44,174 nucleotides of DNA, from positions 1 to 44,174 of the IMG/VR virus record IMGVR_UViG_3300048854_000064. One strand, 5' to 3'. The translations under genes and the position numbers were made by a program. The DNA comes from a virus. Taxonomy: Duplodnaviria > Caudoviricetes. The notes beneath the pieces are model-generated. The model was not told the origin of the DNA and did not search any database. It was given only the letters and a program-made list of their open reading frames with translations. Shown one piece after another: positions 42,335 to 44,174 of the stretch. Each line of letters begins with the position of its first letter. The stretch's first letter is position 1.

Positions 42335-43368
42335 CCTTCTCTGCTCTCGCGCTGCCGTCGCTCGCTGATGTGCCCGCCGCCTACACGATTCGGTCTAACG
42401 AGTCGTTCGTCCACCCGCTTGCGCTCTCCTTGCTCGACTCGGGCGTGATCACTGAGGCGGACGTGGTCAAGCGGCCGAAGTCCGATCTCGCGCTTGCTCA
42501 GGCAGCGATAGTTCGCCGATGGGAGCGAGTCACCGCGGGCATGAGTCTGTTCGATTGGCATCTGCGGCTCGAACAGGCTCCGGAGCATGGCTACCCGCAA
42601 CACCGGGACGATCATCTGTGGGCGCTAATCCAGACGGCACACGGGCCAGTGTCGTGCTCGGAGGTTTGCATCGGCGGCGCCATGAAAAAACTTGAAAGTG
42701 TGCGCGTCGGCCTCGGGCAGACGGTACTTGCCACGCTTTACGATGCCTTCCGGATGCTGCCCACTGTCTGCACGCCAAGGTATGTTTTAGGCGTCGCGGA
42801 ATACCTTTACTGGTATGGCGAAGCGGACGAGGATGAAGCAATAAAGCAAGCGCTCGACATGACCGGATACGACACCATGGAGGAACTGCTTGCTTCCGAA
42901 GATTTTTTTACGCGTGACGAGTTTTTCAGCGAGATGCCGGAATGGGCAGCGCTACCGCGTCGCACGCTCACGCGTCGCCAGATTCAGCTAGCTGCCGGCC
43001 GGGATTCATTCGCCCGCGAGATCGTAGATGCGATGGATGCGGTTTGGAACATTGTGCGTTTTTACGGGCCTTTCGCTGACGTGCGCAGCGAAGACGTGGG
43101 CGCAGACATGATCGACTTCGGTCTGATCGTCCGATGGAGCGCAGACGACATTGTCGGGCGCGTTCTGGATGATTTCCTGCACCACGCCAGCGAAGGCGAC
43201 AACATCATCGCGTCGTCAGTCACTCCTCTAAAGATCGTCGGCAACGATATTGCGGAATGGCTTAAGAACATGGAATCAACGGGAATGCTCGCGAAGTCTG
43301 TAGAGCGCGTCCTGTCACTGCTAAGTGAATTTCAAGAGCCGCGAACACTTGTGCGGGTGCTCGTATGA
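42331..43368 (+). CDS. PRTRC system protein F (alpha-helical)
   Basis: ALALP.L..VP N-terminus, LE....GLGQTVL..L, YWYGE.DE, MP.WA..P and R..DD. Position between C and B. Confidence 0.82.
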   Translation: MTFSALALPSLADVPAAYTIRSNESFVHPLALSLLDSGVITEADVVKRPKSDLALAQAAIVRRWERVTAGMSLFDWHLRLEQAPEHGYPQHRDDHLWALIQTAHGPVSCSEVCIGGAMKKLESVRVGLGQTVLATLYDAFRMLPTVCTPRYVLGVAEYLYWYGEADEDEAIKQALDMTGYDTMEELLASEDFFTRDEFFSEMPEWAALPRRTLTRRQIQLAAGRDSFAREIVDAMDAVWNIVRFYGPFADVRSEDVGADMIDFGLIVRWSADDIVGRVLDDFLHHASEGDNIIASSVTPLKIVGNDIAEWLKNMESTGMLAKSVERVLSLLSEFQEPRTLVRVLV

Positions 43369-44078
43369 CTACAGTCACGATCGCCCAAGAGAACGATGTG
43401 GAACTCGAGCTGGACAGCGCGCTGCTGTTCTACCGTGCGCAGCGCACACATCACATTTACGCGACCCAGCATAGCGCTCGCGTGGTCGACGGCAAGCCTA
43501 CCCTGCTCGCCGGCGTGCCGATAACGCTCGACCAGTTGGCCGACATCGCCGACCTTGCGGCTCGGAAAACGAGTTGCCGCGGGTTTATCCACAATCGCGT
43601 GGTGTATCTCGCGCCGAACCAGCTCGCCTGGTGGGTGCCCGCATGCACGCGGCGCGTGTGGTTCAACACAAAGGACAAGATCGGCGAACGTGCCGGCGAC
43701 GCCACGCACCCGCCGCTAGTGTTCATCGTCAATCGCACCAGCTGGTCCGTGTTCGCTTTACGCGATAACGCGCGACCTGGCGCGGCAACGAAGCTCTACA
43801 CGGCTCCGTATTACAACGTTTGGGAAGGCGGCGAGATCTGCGTGGGCAACGTGCAAACGCCTGATGCAATCAATACGGACAGCATCAAGCCGTATGAAGA
43901 CGCGTTCTTTCGCAGCCGCTTCACTCACACGAACAACGACCGACTTATCCACAGGCGCGGGGGCGCTGAACGTCTGTGGCTGGATTTGCTCGACGGCGCC
44001 GAATTCCCACTTGACCGCCTGATCGACGCGAAACAAACCCTCGCGACAGCGATCGGCTCCAGCACCAATGAGGACTGA
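43365..44078 (+). CDS. PRTRC system protein B, E2-like conjugating enzyme
   Basis: WW.PA..R.V.F, P.LVF, RP...T.LY.APY.NV...G.ICVGN (candidate catalytic Cys) and FF.S.FTH.N. Confidence 0.9.
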   Translation: MTTVTIAQENDVELELDSALLFYRAQRTHHIYATQHSARVVDGKPTLLAGVPITLDQLADIADLAARKTSCRGFIHNRVVYLAPNQLAWWVPACTRRVWFNTKDKIGERAGDATHPPLVFIVNRTSWSVFALRDNARPGAATKLYTAPYYNVWEGGEICVGNVQTPDAINTDSIKPYEDAFFRSRFTHTNNDRLIHRRGGAERLWLDLLDGAEFPLDRLIDAKQTLATAIGSSTNED

Positions 44079-44174
44079 CACGATGGACAAGCTACTCGCT
44101 TCATTTCAGAACGCCACGCAAGCCGGATTGCGAGACATCGCAACCGCGCTCGAGCAATTTTCGTCTGGCGTCGC
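43931..44174 (+). repeat. Terminal direct repeat, right copy
   Basis: Duplicate of 1-244 with two substitutions. Includes the start of protein A at 44083. Confidence 0.97.

Larger units (their letters stand above)
1..44174. mobile_element. Complete temperate lambdoid siphophage genome in circular (attP-containing) form
   Basis: Integrase/xis/attP, CI/Cro switch, replication, terminase, portal, capsid, lambda-like tail and lysis modules are all present. No host housekeeping genes are seen, and the ends overlap. Confidence 0.97.

Noticed and set aside
43931-44174. Physical terminal repeat of the virion DNA or attL/attR
   Set aside because: It falls mid-gene, attP is elsewhere, and the HNH-terS-terL module suggests cos packaging. 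A circular-assembly overlap is more likely.

Overview
The window is a complete, circularly permuted temperate lambdoid siphophage genome. The unit length is about 43,930 bp, because bases 1-244 recur at 43931-44174 with 2 mismatches. Gene content and style suggest a Burkholderiales host, which is an inference. The minus strand carries the cro-cII-replication-Q early arm, an HK97-type head module, a lambda-type tail with a G/GT -1 frameshift, and the lysis genes. The plus strand carries a tandem-HTH CI repressor and a block of accessory genes. A CI-operator-overlapped pL promoter at about 39943-39971 then drives three tiny membrane ORFs, a roughly 600-nt structured non-coding region and a tightly coupled PRTRC-type ubiquitin-like cassette. 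The cassette comprises protein E, Ubl protein C, a 60-aa ORF, protein F, E2-like B, JAB protease A and ThiF/E1, and it wraps across the window ends. xis, int and an intact attP follow, and the attP core is the 3' half of tRNA-His. The most unusual features are two. First, a ParB-less E1/E2/JAB/Ubl system sits where lambdoid phages normally keep recombination genes. Second, a structured RNA region lies just upstream of it, with a kissing-loop cloverleaf and three copies of a covarying hairpin module. Family assignments come from visible motifs and recall, and no database search was run.
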